A DNA stretch of 64,000 bases, from positions 1,975,082 through 2,039,081 of the forward strand of contig CAWEZH010000002.1 of assembly GCA_963813535.1 (NCBI GenBank). The letters run 5' to 3'. The stretch comes from an uncultured Chloroflexia bacterium (GTDB lineage Bacteria; Chloroflexota; Limnocylindria; Limnocylindrales; CSP1-4). Positions 47,747 through 56,597 of this stretch are shown piece by piece (position 1 is the stretch's first letter; the number at the start of each line of letters is the position of its first letter). The position numbers were made by a program, and so were the translations under genes. A model generated the notes under the pieces. The model was not told where the DNA came from. It did no database searches and saw nothing but the letters and a program-made list of their open reading frames with translations.

Positions 47747-49435
47747 TTGACCGTCTCTCCCGACACCGCGGGGCCCGACCTGCCGCGACCCGAACCCTCG
47801 CCCGACGTTGGCGCCCTTGACGCGCATTTCTACGACCTCGTCGAGGCGCGCTTCCGCCGGCTGATGCGCGACAACCCGGTCGCGGCGACGTACTTCGGCA
47901 TCCATGCGTACGACGACCAGCTGGGGGACGGCGGCCGGGAGACGATCCTGGGGGAGATCCAGGCCGATCGCGCACACCTCGCCACGATCGAGGCGCTCGA
48001 CGACGCGGGCCTCTCGGCCGCGGTCCGGTTCGAACGCGACCTGGAAGTCCACAACACCCGCCGGTCGATCTTCGAGGCCGACGAGCTGCGGGTCTGGGAG
48101 CGCCGCTCGCTGGCGCTCGACACGATCGGCGACGGGCTGTTCCTGCTCTTCGCTCGCGACCACGCCCCGTTGGCCGAGCGGCTCGAGGCCATCGCCGGCC
48201 GGCTCGAGGGCGTGCCCCGCCACCTCGAGGAGGCCCGCAGTCGCTCGACGAGACCGCAGGTCCGGTTGTGGCAACGGATCGAGATGGAATCGGCGAGCCA
48301 GCTCCCGGCGCTCTTCGATGAGCTCGTCGGGGCGGGGCGGGACGTGGTCGGACCTGCCGAGCTGCGGCGTCTCGAACGAGCCGCCTCCGCGGCGACCGTC
48401 GCGGTCGACCTCTTCACGACCTGGCTCGAAGGGACGCTCGCCGATGGCACCGATGAGTGGGCGACCGGCCGAGACCTGCACGACCGGATGGTCGAGCTGC
48501 GCGCATTCGACGGTCTCGACGCCGATGCCATCCTCGAACTGGGTGAACAGAAGCTGGCCGAGGAGCGCGAGGCCCGGGCCGCCGCCGCCAGGGAGATCGA
48601 CCCCGGCGCGGATGTCGGCGACGTCGTCGACCGGGTCAAGTCCGACCACGCCACCTCGTTCGGCGAGGCCCTCGAGGCCTATCGCGTCGCGATGCACCGG
48701 GCCAGGACGCACCTCATCGATCGAGATCTCGTGTCGATCCCGGATGACGAGCGGATCGACGTCATCGAGACGCCGGACTACCTGCGCAACGTCATCCCGT
48801 TCGCGGCGTACTTCTCACCCGCCGCGTTCGACCGGGACTCCAAGGGCATCTACATCGTGACGCCGTCCGTCCATGGCGACCCGAACGCGATGCGAGAGCA
48901 CAACCGGGCGTCGATCAGCAACACCAGCATCCACGAGGCATACCCCGGGCATCACCTCCAGCTCGACGTCGCGCGCCGTCACCCGTCGCTGACGCGATTG
49001 ATGGCCGATGCCCCGGAATTCGTCGAGGGCTGGGGGATGTACTCCGAGCTGATGATGCGCGAGCAGGGCTTCGACGACGCGCCGGAGTACCGGGTCATGC
49101 TCCACACCGATGCGATCTGGCGGGCATGCCGGATCATCCTCGACGTCCGTCTGCACCGTGGCGAGCTGAGCGTCGCCGACGGTGTCGACTTTCTCGTCGA
49201 GCAGACCCGATTCGAGCGCGACAACGCGCGCTCCGAGGTCGAGTGGTACTCATACCGCCCGACGTACCCGCTCTCATACCTGCTCGGTCGGACCTTGCTC
49301 CTGGAGCTGCGTGCCGGCGAACAGCGCCGCCTCGGTGACGCCTTCTCGTTGCGGGATTTCCACGACACGCTGATGCGCAACGGGTCACTGCCGATCAGCT
49401 TCCACCGGCGCCTGCTCAGGGGTGAGGGCAGCTGA
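47747..49435 (+). CDS. DUF885 domain protein
   Basis: HEAYPGHHLQ, FVEGWGMYSE, WRACRIILD and FHDTL. Confidence 0.9.
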   Translation: MTVSPDTAGPDLPRPEPSPDVGALDAHFYDLVEARFRRLMRDNPVAATYFGIHAYDDQLGDGGRETILGEIQADRAHLATIEALDDAGLSAAVRFERDLEVHNTRRSIFEADELRVWERRSLALDTIGDGLFLLFARDHAPLAERLEAIAGRLEGVPRHLEEARSRSTRPQVRLWQRIEMESASQLPALFDELVGAGRDVVGPAELRRLERAASAATVAVDLFTTWLEGTLADGTDEWATGRDLHDRMVELRAFDGLDADAILELGEQKLAEEREARAAAAREIDPGADVGDVVDRVKSDHATSFGEALEAYRVAMHRARTHLIDRDLVSIPDDERIDVIETPDYLRNVIPFAAYFSPAAFDRDSKGIYIVTPSVHGDPNAMREHNRASISNTSIHEAYPGHHLQLDVARRHPSLTRLMADAPEFVEGWGMYSELMMREQGFDDAPEYRVMLHTDAIWRACRIILDVRLHRGELSVADGVDFLVEQTRFERDNARSEVEWYSYRPTYPLSYLLGRTLLLELRAGEQRRLGDAFSLRDFHDTLMRNGSLPISFHRRLLRGEGS

Positions 49436-49438
49436 CGC

Positions 49439-50140
49439 GTGCTGGTCATCCCATCGATCGACCTCGAGGGCGGACGCTCCCGGGTCGTGTACTGGCCCGG
49501 CGCTGCCGCCGGTATCGGCGCGCCGACCGATCGTCCCGATCGCATCGTCGAGCGGCTCGTCGCCCAGGGCGCAGGGCTCATCCACCTCATCGACTTCGAC
49601 GGGGCGCGAGCCGGGGCGCCCGCGAACCTCGAGGTCGTCGGCGCCGTCGCGTCGCGCTCGGCCGTACCGCTGCAGCTCGCCGGCGGCCTCGACTCTGCCG
49701 AAGCGATCCAGCTGGCCTTCGCGGCGGGTGCCACGCGCGTGGTGCTGACCACCGCGATCGCCGATCGACCCGACGACCTGCGCGCGTGTCTGTCCGTGGC
49801 GGGCGACTGGCTGGCCGTCGGGCTGGACCCGAGGCCCGATCGGCTTGCGGCGTTTCCCTGGCGGCGGGCGGCGCCGCCGACGGTCGACGCACTCGTCGGG
49901 GAGCTGGTCGGAGCCGGAGTCGGTCGGTTCGTCCTGGCCCACGGCGGCAGCGACCCCGACCTCGAGCGGGTGCGTTCTGTCGTTCGGACGTACGATGCCG
50001 AGATCCTCGTCGCCGGTGGTGTGCGCGACCTTGACGGGGTCCGTCGCATCCGCGACACCGGTGCCAACGGCGTCATCCTCGGGGAGGCGATCCTGTCCGG
50101 CGCCATCGACCTGACCGCCGCCCTGGAGGCCGCCGCATGA
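49439..50140 (+). CDS. HisA/HisF-related TIM-barrel protein (divergent)
   Basis: VIPSIDL, HLIDFDGA, LQLAGG, VAGGV and GVILGEA; several HisA motifs are altered. Confidence 0.75.
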   Translation: MLVIPSIDLEGGRSRVVYWPGAAAGIGAPTDRPDRIVERLVAQGAGLIHLIDFDGARAGAPANLEVVGAVASRSAVPLQLAGGLDSAEAIQLAFAAGATRVVLTTAIADRPDDLRACLSVAGDWLAVGLDPRPDRLAAFPWRRAAPPTVDALVGELVGAGVGRFVLAHGGSDPDLERVRSVVRTYDAEILVAGGVRDLDGVRRIRDTGANGVILGEAILSGAIDLTAALEAAA

Positions 50141-50769
50141 TCCCCCGCCCCATCCGTGTCCTGGCCCGGCTCGCCGCGGTCGCCACCCTGGCAGTGGCCT
50201 GCACCGCAGCGCCGGGGGCGGCGCCCAGCGCGTCGTCCTCGACTGCCGCGGTCGGCGGCGAGTGCCCGACCACGCAGCCCGCCGCGCTACCCGCCGGGGA
50301 GACGCGGACCGTCACGATCGACACGGATCTCGGCTCGATGACCCTTGCCATCGAGGCCGATCTCTCGCCGATCGCTGCCGGCAACTTCGTGGCACTGGCC
50401 GGATGCGGCTTCTACGACGGCGTCGTGTTCCACCGGGTCGTGCCCGGGTTCGTGATCCAAGGTGGCGACCCGGAGGGATCCGGGACGGGCGGCCCCGGGT
50501 ACACGATCCAGGATGAGGCGGTCACCGCCGAATACGGGCGCGGTGTGGTGGCGATGGCGCGCACCAGCCAGCCGAATTCGGTCGGTTCGCAGTTCTTCAT
50601 CGTGCTCGACGATGCCGCCCAGGGCGCCCTGTCCTCTTACAACACCTACCAGATCATCGGTCACGTGACCGACGGCATGGAGACCGCGGACGCGATCACC
50701 GAGGCGGCCGACGCGGAGCAGCCCAGCAACCCCGTGACGATGACGAAGGTCACCGTCGCGAATCCCTGA
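50137..50769 (+). CDS. Cyclophilin-type PPIase, lipoprotein
   Basis: Lipobox-like AVAC; FYDGVVFHRVVPGFVIQGGDP...GSQFFI. Confidence 0.9.
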   Translation: MIPRPIRVLARLAAVATLAVACTAAPGAAPSASSSTAAVGGECPTTQPAALPAGETRTVTIDTDLGSMTLAIEADLSPIAAGNFVALAGCGFYDGVVFHRVVPGFVIQGGDPEGSGTGGPGYTIQDEAVTAEYGRGVVAMARTSQPNSVGSQFFIVLDDAAQGALSSYNTYQIIGHVTDGMETADAITEAADAEQPSNPVTMTKVTVANP

Positions 50770-50783
50770 ACGGAGGAGGCACC

Positions 50784-51290
50784 ATGACCCGAGCCACCAT
50801 CGCGACCGATATCGGCGACATCGAGATCGAGCTCTTCGACGAGTCCGCGCCGAAGGCAGCTAAGAACTTCATCGATCTCGCCAACAAGGGCTTCTACGAC
50901 GACGTCATCTTCCATCGCGTCATCCCGGGGTTCGTGATCCAGGGCGGTGATGGGCAGTTCGGCAAGAAGGCGGCGCTCGAGCGCAGCCGCGTCGGGACAG
51001 GCGGCCCGGGCTACACGTTCGAGGACGAGCCGGTCAAGGGTGATTACGCGCGCGGGAGCCTGGCGATGGCCAACGCGGGACCCAACACCAACGGCAGCCA
51101 GTTCTTCATCTGCACCGATGACCTGGCCGGTCGCCTGCCCAAGAACTACACGCTCTTCGGCCAGGTCACCAAGGGCCTGGACGTCGTCGACCGGATCGTG
51201 TCGGCACCCCGCGATTCGCGGGACCTGCCGAACGAGCCAGTGGCCATGACGTCAGTGACGGTCCACCCGGAGCAGGACGCTCAGGCCTGA
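50784..51290 (+). CDS. Cyclophilin-type PPIase, cytoplasmic
   Basis: FHRVIPGFVIQGGD and AMANAGPNTNGSQFFI; GGAGG RBS. Confidence 0.93.
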   Translation: MTRATIATDIGDIEIELFDESAPKAAKNFIDLANKGFYDDVIFHRVIPGFVIQGGDGQFGKKAALERSRVGTGGPGYTFEDEPVKGDYARGSLAMANAGPNTNGSQFFICTDDLAGRLPKNYTLFGQVTKGLDVVDRIVSAPRDSRDLPNEPVAMTSVTVHPEQDAQA

Positions 51291-52744
51291 TCTGCCGCCC
51301 GACCGCCACGCACGGCGTCGATCGCCGCGACGATCGCGTCGGCGGAGCGGTCGATGTCGGCCTCCCGGGTGTTCCAGCCGGAGACCGACACGCGCAGGGC
51401 GGGCGTCCCATGGAAGGTCGTCCCGCCCAGCCATAGCACGCCATCCGCCTGGATCCGTTCGATGACGGCTGTCGTCGTCGGCCCGTCACCGACCTCGACG
51501 AGGACCTGGTTGAGGACGACCTCGTTGAGGATGCGGATGTCCGGGCGGTTCGCCAGGCGACGGGCCATGCGCGCCGCGAGGTCACAACCGCGCTCGACCG
51601 TCTCGGCGATGCCGTTCGCCCCGAGCGAGCGGATCGCGGCGTAGATCGGAAAGCCACGCGCGCGGCGGGACATCTCCGGTACGTACTCGAACGGATCGCG
51701 CTCCGCGCCGGGAGCCGGCGGGAGGTAGGCGGCGGCGAGACCCATCGAGGCCCGGTGCGCCGCGCCATCGCGGATGAACACGAGGCCCGCGTCGTATGGG
51801 ACGTTGAGCCACTTGTGGGCGTCGGTCCCCCACGAGTCGGCTCCCTCGATGCCCTGGACAATGTGCTTGAGACGTGGGCTGGCGGCTGCCCACAGGCCGA
51901 ACGCGCCGTCGACGTGCAGCCACGCGTTCGGGTGCGAGCGGACCGCGCCGACGATCCGGTCGATCGGGTCGAACGCGCCGGTGTTCACCTCGCCCACCTG
52001 GGCACAGACGATGGTCGGCTCCGACCGGCCACGAAGGGCGTCGGCAAGAGCGTTCGCGTCCATGCGGCCCTCGTCGTCGACCGCGATCCGTTCGACATTG
52101 CCTCGACCGAGGCCGACGTAGCGGAGCGCGTTGAGCAACGACACGTGGACGTCGGCCCCGACCACGACGCGGACCGGCGGGGCTCCGATGAGACCCTGCT
52201 CCTCGACGTCCCAGCCGGCGTTTCGGAGGACCGCGTGACGGGCCGCGGCCATCGCCGTGAAATTGGCCATCGTCGCGCCGCTGACGAAGCCCACGGTCGT
52301 TCCGGACGGCAGCCCGAAGAGCTCGATCAGCCAGCCGGCCACGACCTCCTCGACGACGGACGCCGCGGGCGTTGCGAGGTACAGGCCGACGTTCTGGTCC
52401 CATGCCGAGGTCAGGAAGTCGGCTGCCAGTGCGGCGGGCACCGAGCCGCCGATGACGAACCCGAAGTAGCGCGGGCCGCTCATCGCGACGAGGCCGGCAT
52501 CGACGTCCGCGGCCAGCTCGTCGATCACCACCCGCGGGTTGGTCCCGTCCATCGGAAGCGGGCCGCCCAGGCGCGCGCGGAGCTCGTCGGCGGTGAGGCC
52601 GGGAGCGGCGCCGGCGCGCCGATCCGGCAACGACGAGCGGTAGTCGATGGCGAGCTCGGCGGCGTGCCGAAGCAGGTCGGCCGTGCCCGCATCGACACCG
52701 CCGTCGGTGGTCGCCGAGGACCTCGTATCAGCCTGGGTGGTCAT
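51281..52744 (-). CDS. PLP-dependent group II decarboxylase (aromatic amino acid/Glu decarboxylase-like)
   Basis: RYFGFVIGG, WDQN, LHVDGAFG and TDAHKWLNVPYD. Confidence 0.9.
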   Translation of the reverse strand: MTTQADTRSSATTDGGVDAGTADLLRHAAELAIDYRSSLPDRRAGAAPGLTADELRARLGGPLPMDGTNPRVVIDELAADVDAGLVAMSGPRYFGFVIGGSVPAALAADFLTSAWDQNVGLYLATPAASVVEEVVAGWLIELFGLPSGTTVGFVSGATMANFTAMAAARHAVLRNAGWDVEEQGLIGAPPVRVVVGADVHVSLLNALRYVGLGRGNVERIAVDDEGRMDANALADALRGRSEPTIVCAQVGEVNTGAFDPIDRIVGAVRSHPNAWLHVDGAFGLWAAASPRLKHIVQGIEGADSWGTDAHKWLNVPYDAGLVFIRDGAAHRASMGLAAAYLPPAPGAERDPFEYVPEMSRRARGFPIYAAIRSLGANGIAETVERGCDLAARMARRLANRPDIRILNEVVLNQVLVEVGDGPTTTAVIERIQADGVLWLGGTTFHGTPALRVSVSGWNTREADIDRSADAIVAAIDAVRGGRAADQA

Positions 52745-52819
52745 GCCGTTAGAACCCCCTTAGGACCTTCGTCCCGCACGAAGGTTAAGGAATTTACACA
52801 GTTCCGTATGCCAAAACCC

Positions 52820-52848
52820 TTGGAAATCGGCCCCTCGCACGGTACGAT
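52820..52848 (+). promoter_or_regulatory. Sigma70-type promoter of the orphan RNA
   Basis: TTGGAA (52820-52825), 17-nt spacer, TACGAT (52843-52848). Confidence 0.7.
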
Positions 52849-52853
52849 AACGG

Positions 52854-53030
52854 GGCTGCTCAGTCAGCCAAGCTGCCCCAGCGTCAAGGCCATGGGTAGG
52901 TAGGGTCAGGGTAGTCGGTACAGCCGACGTGATAGATGCTCTTGGCGCGTGGCAGAAGCGTCCGTCCTCGTGACGGACTCCTTCACCGGGACAGCATCGA
53001 GGCGGCTCCTTCGGGAGCCGCCTCGTGTTA
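52854..53030 (+). ncRNA. Orphan structured small RNA (6S-like candidate, family not recognised)
   Basis: Bounded by a promoter and a terminator, no credible ORF or RBS; long irregular stem plus internal hairpins. Confidence 0.65.
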
Positions 53031-53032
53031 TT
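52998..53032 (+). terminator. Intrinsic terminator with cUUCGg loop
   Basis: CGAGGCGGCTCC-TTCG-GGAGCCGCCTCG followed by TGTTATT. Confidence 0.85.
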
Positions 53033-53035
53033 GAC

Positions 53036-53156
53036 GCGGACCGAACGCGCGGCTGATCCCCGCGTTGGCCGCTGCGCGCCATCGCTCACGTAGTTTGAAC
53101 TACGCTCGCTCAGCTGCTCGCGTCCGCCTTGGGCTCAGCTCCCGCGTTCGGTCCGC
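53036..53156. repeat. ERIC/IRU-like miniature inverted-repeat element (121 bp)
   Basis: 14-bp perfect terminal inverted repeats GCGGACCGAACGCG/CGCGTTCGGTCCGC; core GCGTTGGC...TCACGTAG-TTTGAA-CTACGCTC...CGCCTT. Confidence 0.65.
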
Positions 53157-53220
53157 TTGAGGTTTCGCGGCGGTTTGACGTCCCGACGCGTCGACGGTCG
53201 TTCCGGCATGCTGGGGTCAG

Positions 53221-54558
53221 ATGCGGACATTCCACCTGTTGGTCGCCAACACGCTCGCGGCCAGCGTCACGAACAATTTCCTGTGGTTCGCGTTGACGTT
53301 CTGGGTCTATCTGGAGACCCGGGCGGTCGTGGCCACGGCGATCATCGGCGGCGGGTACATGCTCCTGGTCGCGGTGTCCAGCATGTTCTTCGGGACCTTC
53401 GTGGACCGACACCTGCGTCGGACATCGATGCTGCTGTCGAGCGGCATCTCGCTCGGTGCGTTCGCGCTGGCCGCGCTGGTCTACCTGCTCGCACCGGCCG
53501 GTTCGTTGGGCGATCTCGGCCACCCCGCGTTCTGGGCCCTCGTCGTCCTGGTGCTGGCCGGCGCCATCGCCGGCAACCTGCGTGCGGTCGCCCTATCGAC
53601 GACCGTGACGCTCCTGGTCCCCGAGGACGGTCGAGACCGGGCCAACGGGCTGGTCGGCACGGCCAACGGCGTGGCGTTCGCGATGACCTCCGTATTGAGC
53701 GGCCTGGGCGTCGGTCTGCTCGGCATGGGGGCGTGCCTGGTCATCGCCGTGGTGGTCACGGCGCTCGTCATCGTGCATCTCCTGACCATCAGGATCGCCG
53801 AGCAAGCGCCCGAGCCGCACGCTGATTCCCCCAGGCTGCTCGACGTGGCGGGAGCCATCCGCGCGGTCAGGACGGTGCCCGGGTTGTTCGCGCTCCTGCT
53901 CTTCTCCACCTTCAACAACTTCCTGGGCGGCGTGTTCATGTCGCTGATGGACCCGTATGGGCTGACGCTGATGTCGGTCGAGGCCTGGGGCATCCTCATC
54001 GGGATCACGAGCTTTGGCTTCATCGTGGGCGGGGTCGTGGTCGCACGCCGCGGCCTCGGTGCCAACCCAGTGCGGACCCTGCTCCTCGCGAATGTGGTCA
54101 TGTGGACGGTGACGATCGTCTTTCCGATCCGGTCCGAGATCCTCCCCCTTGCCCTCGGGTTCTTCATCTACCTCACGCTCGCCCCGGTCGCCGAGGCGTC
54201 AGAGCAGACGGTCGTCCAGAAGGTCGTGCCATTCCAGGAGCAGGGGCGGGTCTTCGGGTTCGGCCAGAGCCTCGAGACCGCCGCGTCGCCGATCACCGCG
54301 TTCCTCATCGGGCCGATCGCGCAGTTCTGGGTCATCCCGTCGCTCACCGATGGACGGCTCGCGGAGTCCATCGGCCCGTGGTTCGGCACGGGACCCGATC
54401 GGGCGATGGCGCTGATCTTCATCGTCGCGGGCGTCATCGGCTTGCTCGTGACGATCCTGGCGCTGCGCTCCCGGCAATACCGCGACCTCACCGGCCGCTA
54501 CGCCGCTGCGTCGAGCGAGGTCGGCCGCGACGGCGAGCTTCCGGCTCCAGCCACCTGA
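53221..54558 (+). CDS. MFS transporter (macrolide-efflux/DHA3-like)
   Basis: 12 TM; FGTFVDRH, RDRANG and QGRVFG. Confidence 0.9.
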   Translation: MRTFHLLVANTLAASVTNNFLWFALTFWVYLETRAVVATAIIGGGYMLLVAVSSMFFGTFVDRHLRRTSMLLSSGISLGAFALAALVYLLAPAGSLGDLGHPAFWALVVLVLAGAIAGNLRAVALSTTVTLLVPEDGRDRANGLVGTANGVAFAMTSVLSGLGVGLLGMGACLVIAVVVTALVIVHLLTIRIAEQAPEPHADSPRLLDVAGAIRAVRTVPGLFALLLFSTFNNFLGGVFMSLMDPYGLTLMSVEAWGILIGITSFGFIVGGVVVARRGLGANPVRTLLLANVVMWTVTIVFPIRSEILPLALGFFIYLTLAPVAEASEQTVVQKVVPFQEQGRVFGFGQSLETAASPITAFLIGPIAQFWVIPSLTDGRLAESIGPWFGTGPDRAMALIFIVAGVIGLLVTILALRSRQYRDLTGRYAAASSEVGRDGELPAPAT

Positions 54559-54566
54559 CCTGCCAC

Positions 54567-54648
54567 TACGTGCTACTTGACAGTAGCGAGTTCCTGTCGC
54601 AGGATACGTGCTACCGGTAGATAGCACGTACCGGCAAGCGACAGGAGG
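54567..54648 (+). promoter_or_regulatory. Promoter/operator with three TACGTGCTA half-sites and an RBS-overlapping stem
   Basis: TACGTGCTAC 54567-54576, TTGACA 54577-54582, TACGTGCTA-N8-TAGCACGTA 54605-54630, and TCCTGTCGC/GCGACAGGA. Confidence 0.6.
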
Positions 54649-54654
54649 CCACCG

Positions 54655-55062
54655 ATGGCCGTTCGCACCGCCCACCAGATAGGGGCCGCACGCCCCTCCA
54701 TCATCCTGCTCCGCGCCACGATCGTCGGCCTGACGCTCGCGACCGCGGCCATCCACGTATCGCTCGGCGGCACGATGTTCCTGCTGAATGCGTTCGGGTA
54801 CACGGTGTTCGCCGTGGCGATGGTCCTCCCCGGACCCGTCGCCCGGATCCGCTGGCTCGTGCGCTACGGCCTGATCGGCTTCACGGCCGTAACGGTCGCA
54901 GGCTGGCTGGCGTTCGGCGCCCGGTTCGACCTTGCGTATCTCGACAAGGGCATCGAAGTCGCGCTCATCGGCCTGCTGCTCATCGAGTCGTGGGTGCTCG
55001 ATGGAGGTCCGCTCGCTCTGGTTCGCCGGTTCCGACGGATCGCCGTCAGCGCCTTGAGCTGA
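54655..55062 (+). CDS. Small membrane protein (4 TM)
   Basis: AGGAGG RBS; LATAAIH...FLLNAFGY...DKGIE. Confidence 0.75.
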   Translation: MAVRTAHQIGAARPSIILLRATIVGLTLATAAIHVSLGGTMFLLNAFGYTVFAVAMVLPGPVARIRWLVRYGLIGFTAVTVAGWLAFGARFDLAYLDKGIEVALIGLLLIESWVLDGGPLALVRRFRRIAVSALS

Positions 55063-55115
55063 CCGTCAGCCTCGCCGACACCGCCGGTCGTCAACGCGAC
55101 GACCGGCCATCGCCG

Positions 55116-55652
55116 TCAGTACGGGTATTCGAGCTCCTCCTGGAGGCGCTCGCCGGCGACGTCGATCGCGGCCCGGAGATCGGTCGTCGTCGCCGACCCG
55201 GCCCAGCCGATCGCGATCCTGACCAGATCGGACGCACCGAGCTGGTACTCGCAGGCAGCTCGGACGCGCTCCACGATGTTGATCGCAGCGATCTCGTCAG
55301 TCTCGGTGAGCAGGATCGCGAAGCGGGTCCGGTCGATCCGGGCGATGTGATCGCTCGAGCGGACTTCCACCGAGATCGTCCGTGCGAGTTGCACGAAGAG
55401 TCGCTCGGCGACATCGATCCCCCACTTGCGGGCGTAGATGTCCATCCCCGTGATCTCGATGAGCGCGACCGTGACCGGCCGTCGATAGCGGCTGACGCGC
55501 GCTACCTCGCTGGACACGAATCGGTCCCACAACCGAGGGCCGTCGGTGCCGGTGAGCGAGTCGCTCCAGCCGGACGGCACCGGAGGCAGGAGGTGCGGCG
55601 TCGCCCCGCCATCCATGATCTCGATGTCGTGGGGCTGGGGATCCTGCTGCAC
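55116..55652 (-). CDS. Stand-alone degenerate GGDEF domain protein
   Basis: DSLTG, EVARVSRYRRP and ARIDRTRFAILL in place of RxGGDEF; AGGAGG RBS with GTG start. Confidence 0.75.
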   Translation of the reverse strand: MQQDPQPHDIEIMDGGATPHLLPPVPSGWSDSLTGTDGPRLWDRFVSSEVARVSRYRRPVTVALIEITGMDIYARKWGIDVAERLFVQLARTISVEVRSSDHIARIDRTRFAILLTETDEIAAINIVERVRAACEYQLGASDLVRIAIGWAGSATTTDLRAAIDVAGERLQEELEYPY

Positions 55653-55867
55653 GCCGCCTCCTGAGCACGGGGACCCGCCCCGAGCGCATGCTCCGGCGGC
55701 AACCTGATAGTCCCGTGCGGGAGGCGCCGGCGACCCGGACGGAGAGGTACCCGTCGGTCCGGCTGAAGGTCCGGGTGCTACACCGTCCAGTCGGTGCGTC
55801 GGCCGGTTTGCACGCCGGCGGTCGGGGCGTAGCCTGTGGGGCAAGGGGGCAGCATGGAGGGCCGAAC

Positions 55868-56095
55868 GTGACCACGATGCGACAGGCGCTCGAACAGGCG
55901 ATGGGCCGAGAGCCAGATGCGGAGACCATGCAGCGGATGCAGGACGGAGGCTTGGCAGTCGTCGACGTCGACACCATGAGCCAGGCGATCCACGACGTCT
56001 ACTGCGGGATCATGGCCGACCACAGCCATCCGAACGAGAAAGACCAGTCCCAGGCCCGGGCGATGATCGCCGCGCTGCAGCAGCAGTCCGCCTGA
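55868..56095 (+). CDS. Small hypothetical protein (75 aa)
   Basis: GGAGG RBS with GTG start; coding-like composition; HDVYC...HSH. Confidence 0.6.
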   Translation: MTTMRQALEQAMGREPDAETMQRMQDGGLAVVDVDTMSQAIHDVYCGIMADHSHPNEKDQSQARAMIAALQQQSA

Positions 56096-56171
56096 CGATC
56101 CGCGATTCGCGTCGACAGCGCATTTCCGGCGTTCGGGGCAAGCTGTCGTCGACACGCGCACGAGGGATCCG

Positions 56172-56597
56172 ATGACACTGACCGCCGCCGCAGGCCCAGC
56201 CTCAGCCGGGCCGCTCGCCGATATCCCCGAGTACCGACCCGGTCAGTGCAATATCGGTCCGGCCGAGATCGCTCGCCGGCGTCGGGCTGGGCACACGGGC
56301 GTGCTGCTGACCCTGCTGGCGCTCATCGCGCTCATCGTCGTCGACGCGCCTCCTGCCGCCCGGCTGCTCGTCGCGTTGCCTGCCGCTATCGCGGCCAGCG
56401 GCTATCTCCAGGCCTGGCTGCGGTTCTGTGCCGGCTTCGGCGCGCGGGGCGTCCTGAACTTCGGCGACGTAGGGCGCACCGAGGAGGTCCCGGATGCCGC
56501 GCGGGCACTCGATCGGGCGCAGGCACGGCGGATCATGCTGGCGAGCCTGGGGATCGGCGTGGCCGTGGGCGTCGCCGCCGCCCTTCTCCCCGTCTAG
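56172..56597 (+). CDS. Hypothetical membrane protein
   Basis: YRPGQCNIGPAEIARRRRAG, LQAWLRFCAGFG and 3 TM. Confidence 0.75.
   Translation: MTLTAAAGPASAGPLADIPEYRPGQCNIGPAEIARRRRAGHTGVLLTLLALIALIVVDAPPAARLLVALPAAIAASGYLQAWLRFCAGFGARGVLNFGDVGRTEEVPDAARALDRAQARRIMLASLGIGVAVGVAAALLPV

Noticed and set aside
52852-52997. tmRNA, SRP or RNase P identity for the orphan RNA; 32-codon ORF from ATG 52936
   Set aside because: No T-arm/CCA end, no SRP helix-8 tetraloop motif, no GAGGAAAGTCC; the ORF lacks an RBS and runs through the terminator.
54605-54630. TAGCAC/GTGCTA resembling a CIRCE element
   Set aside because: The half-sites are in the opposite orientation to TTAGCACTC-N9-GAGTGCTAA, and no chaperone gene follows.
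55665-55718. Hairpin upstream of the degenerate GGDEF gene as a c-di-GMP riboswitch
   Set aside because: Lacks class I and class II consensus nucleotides; GC-rich stems arise easily by chance.
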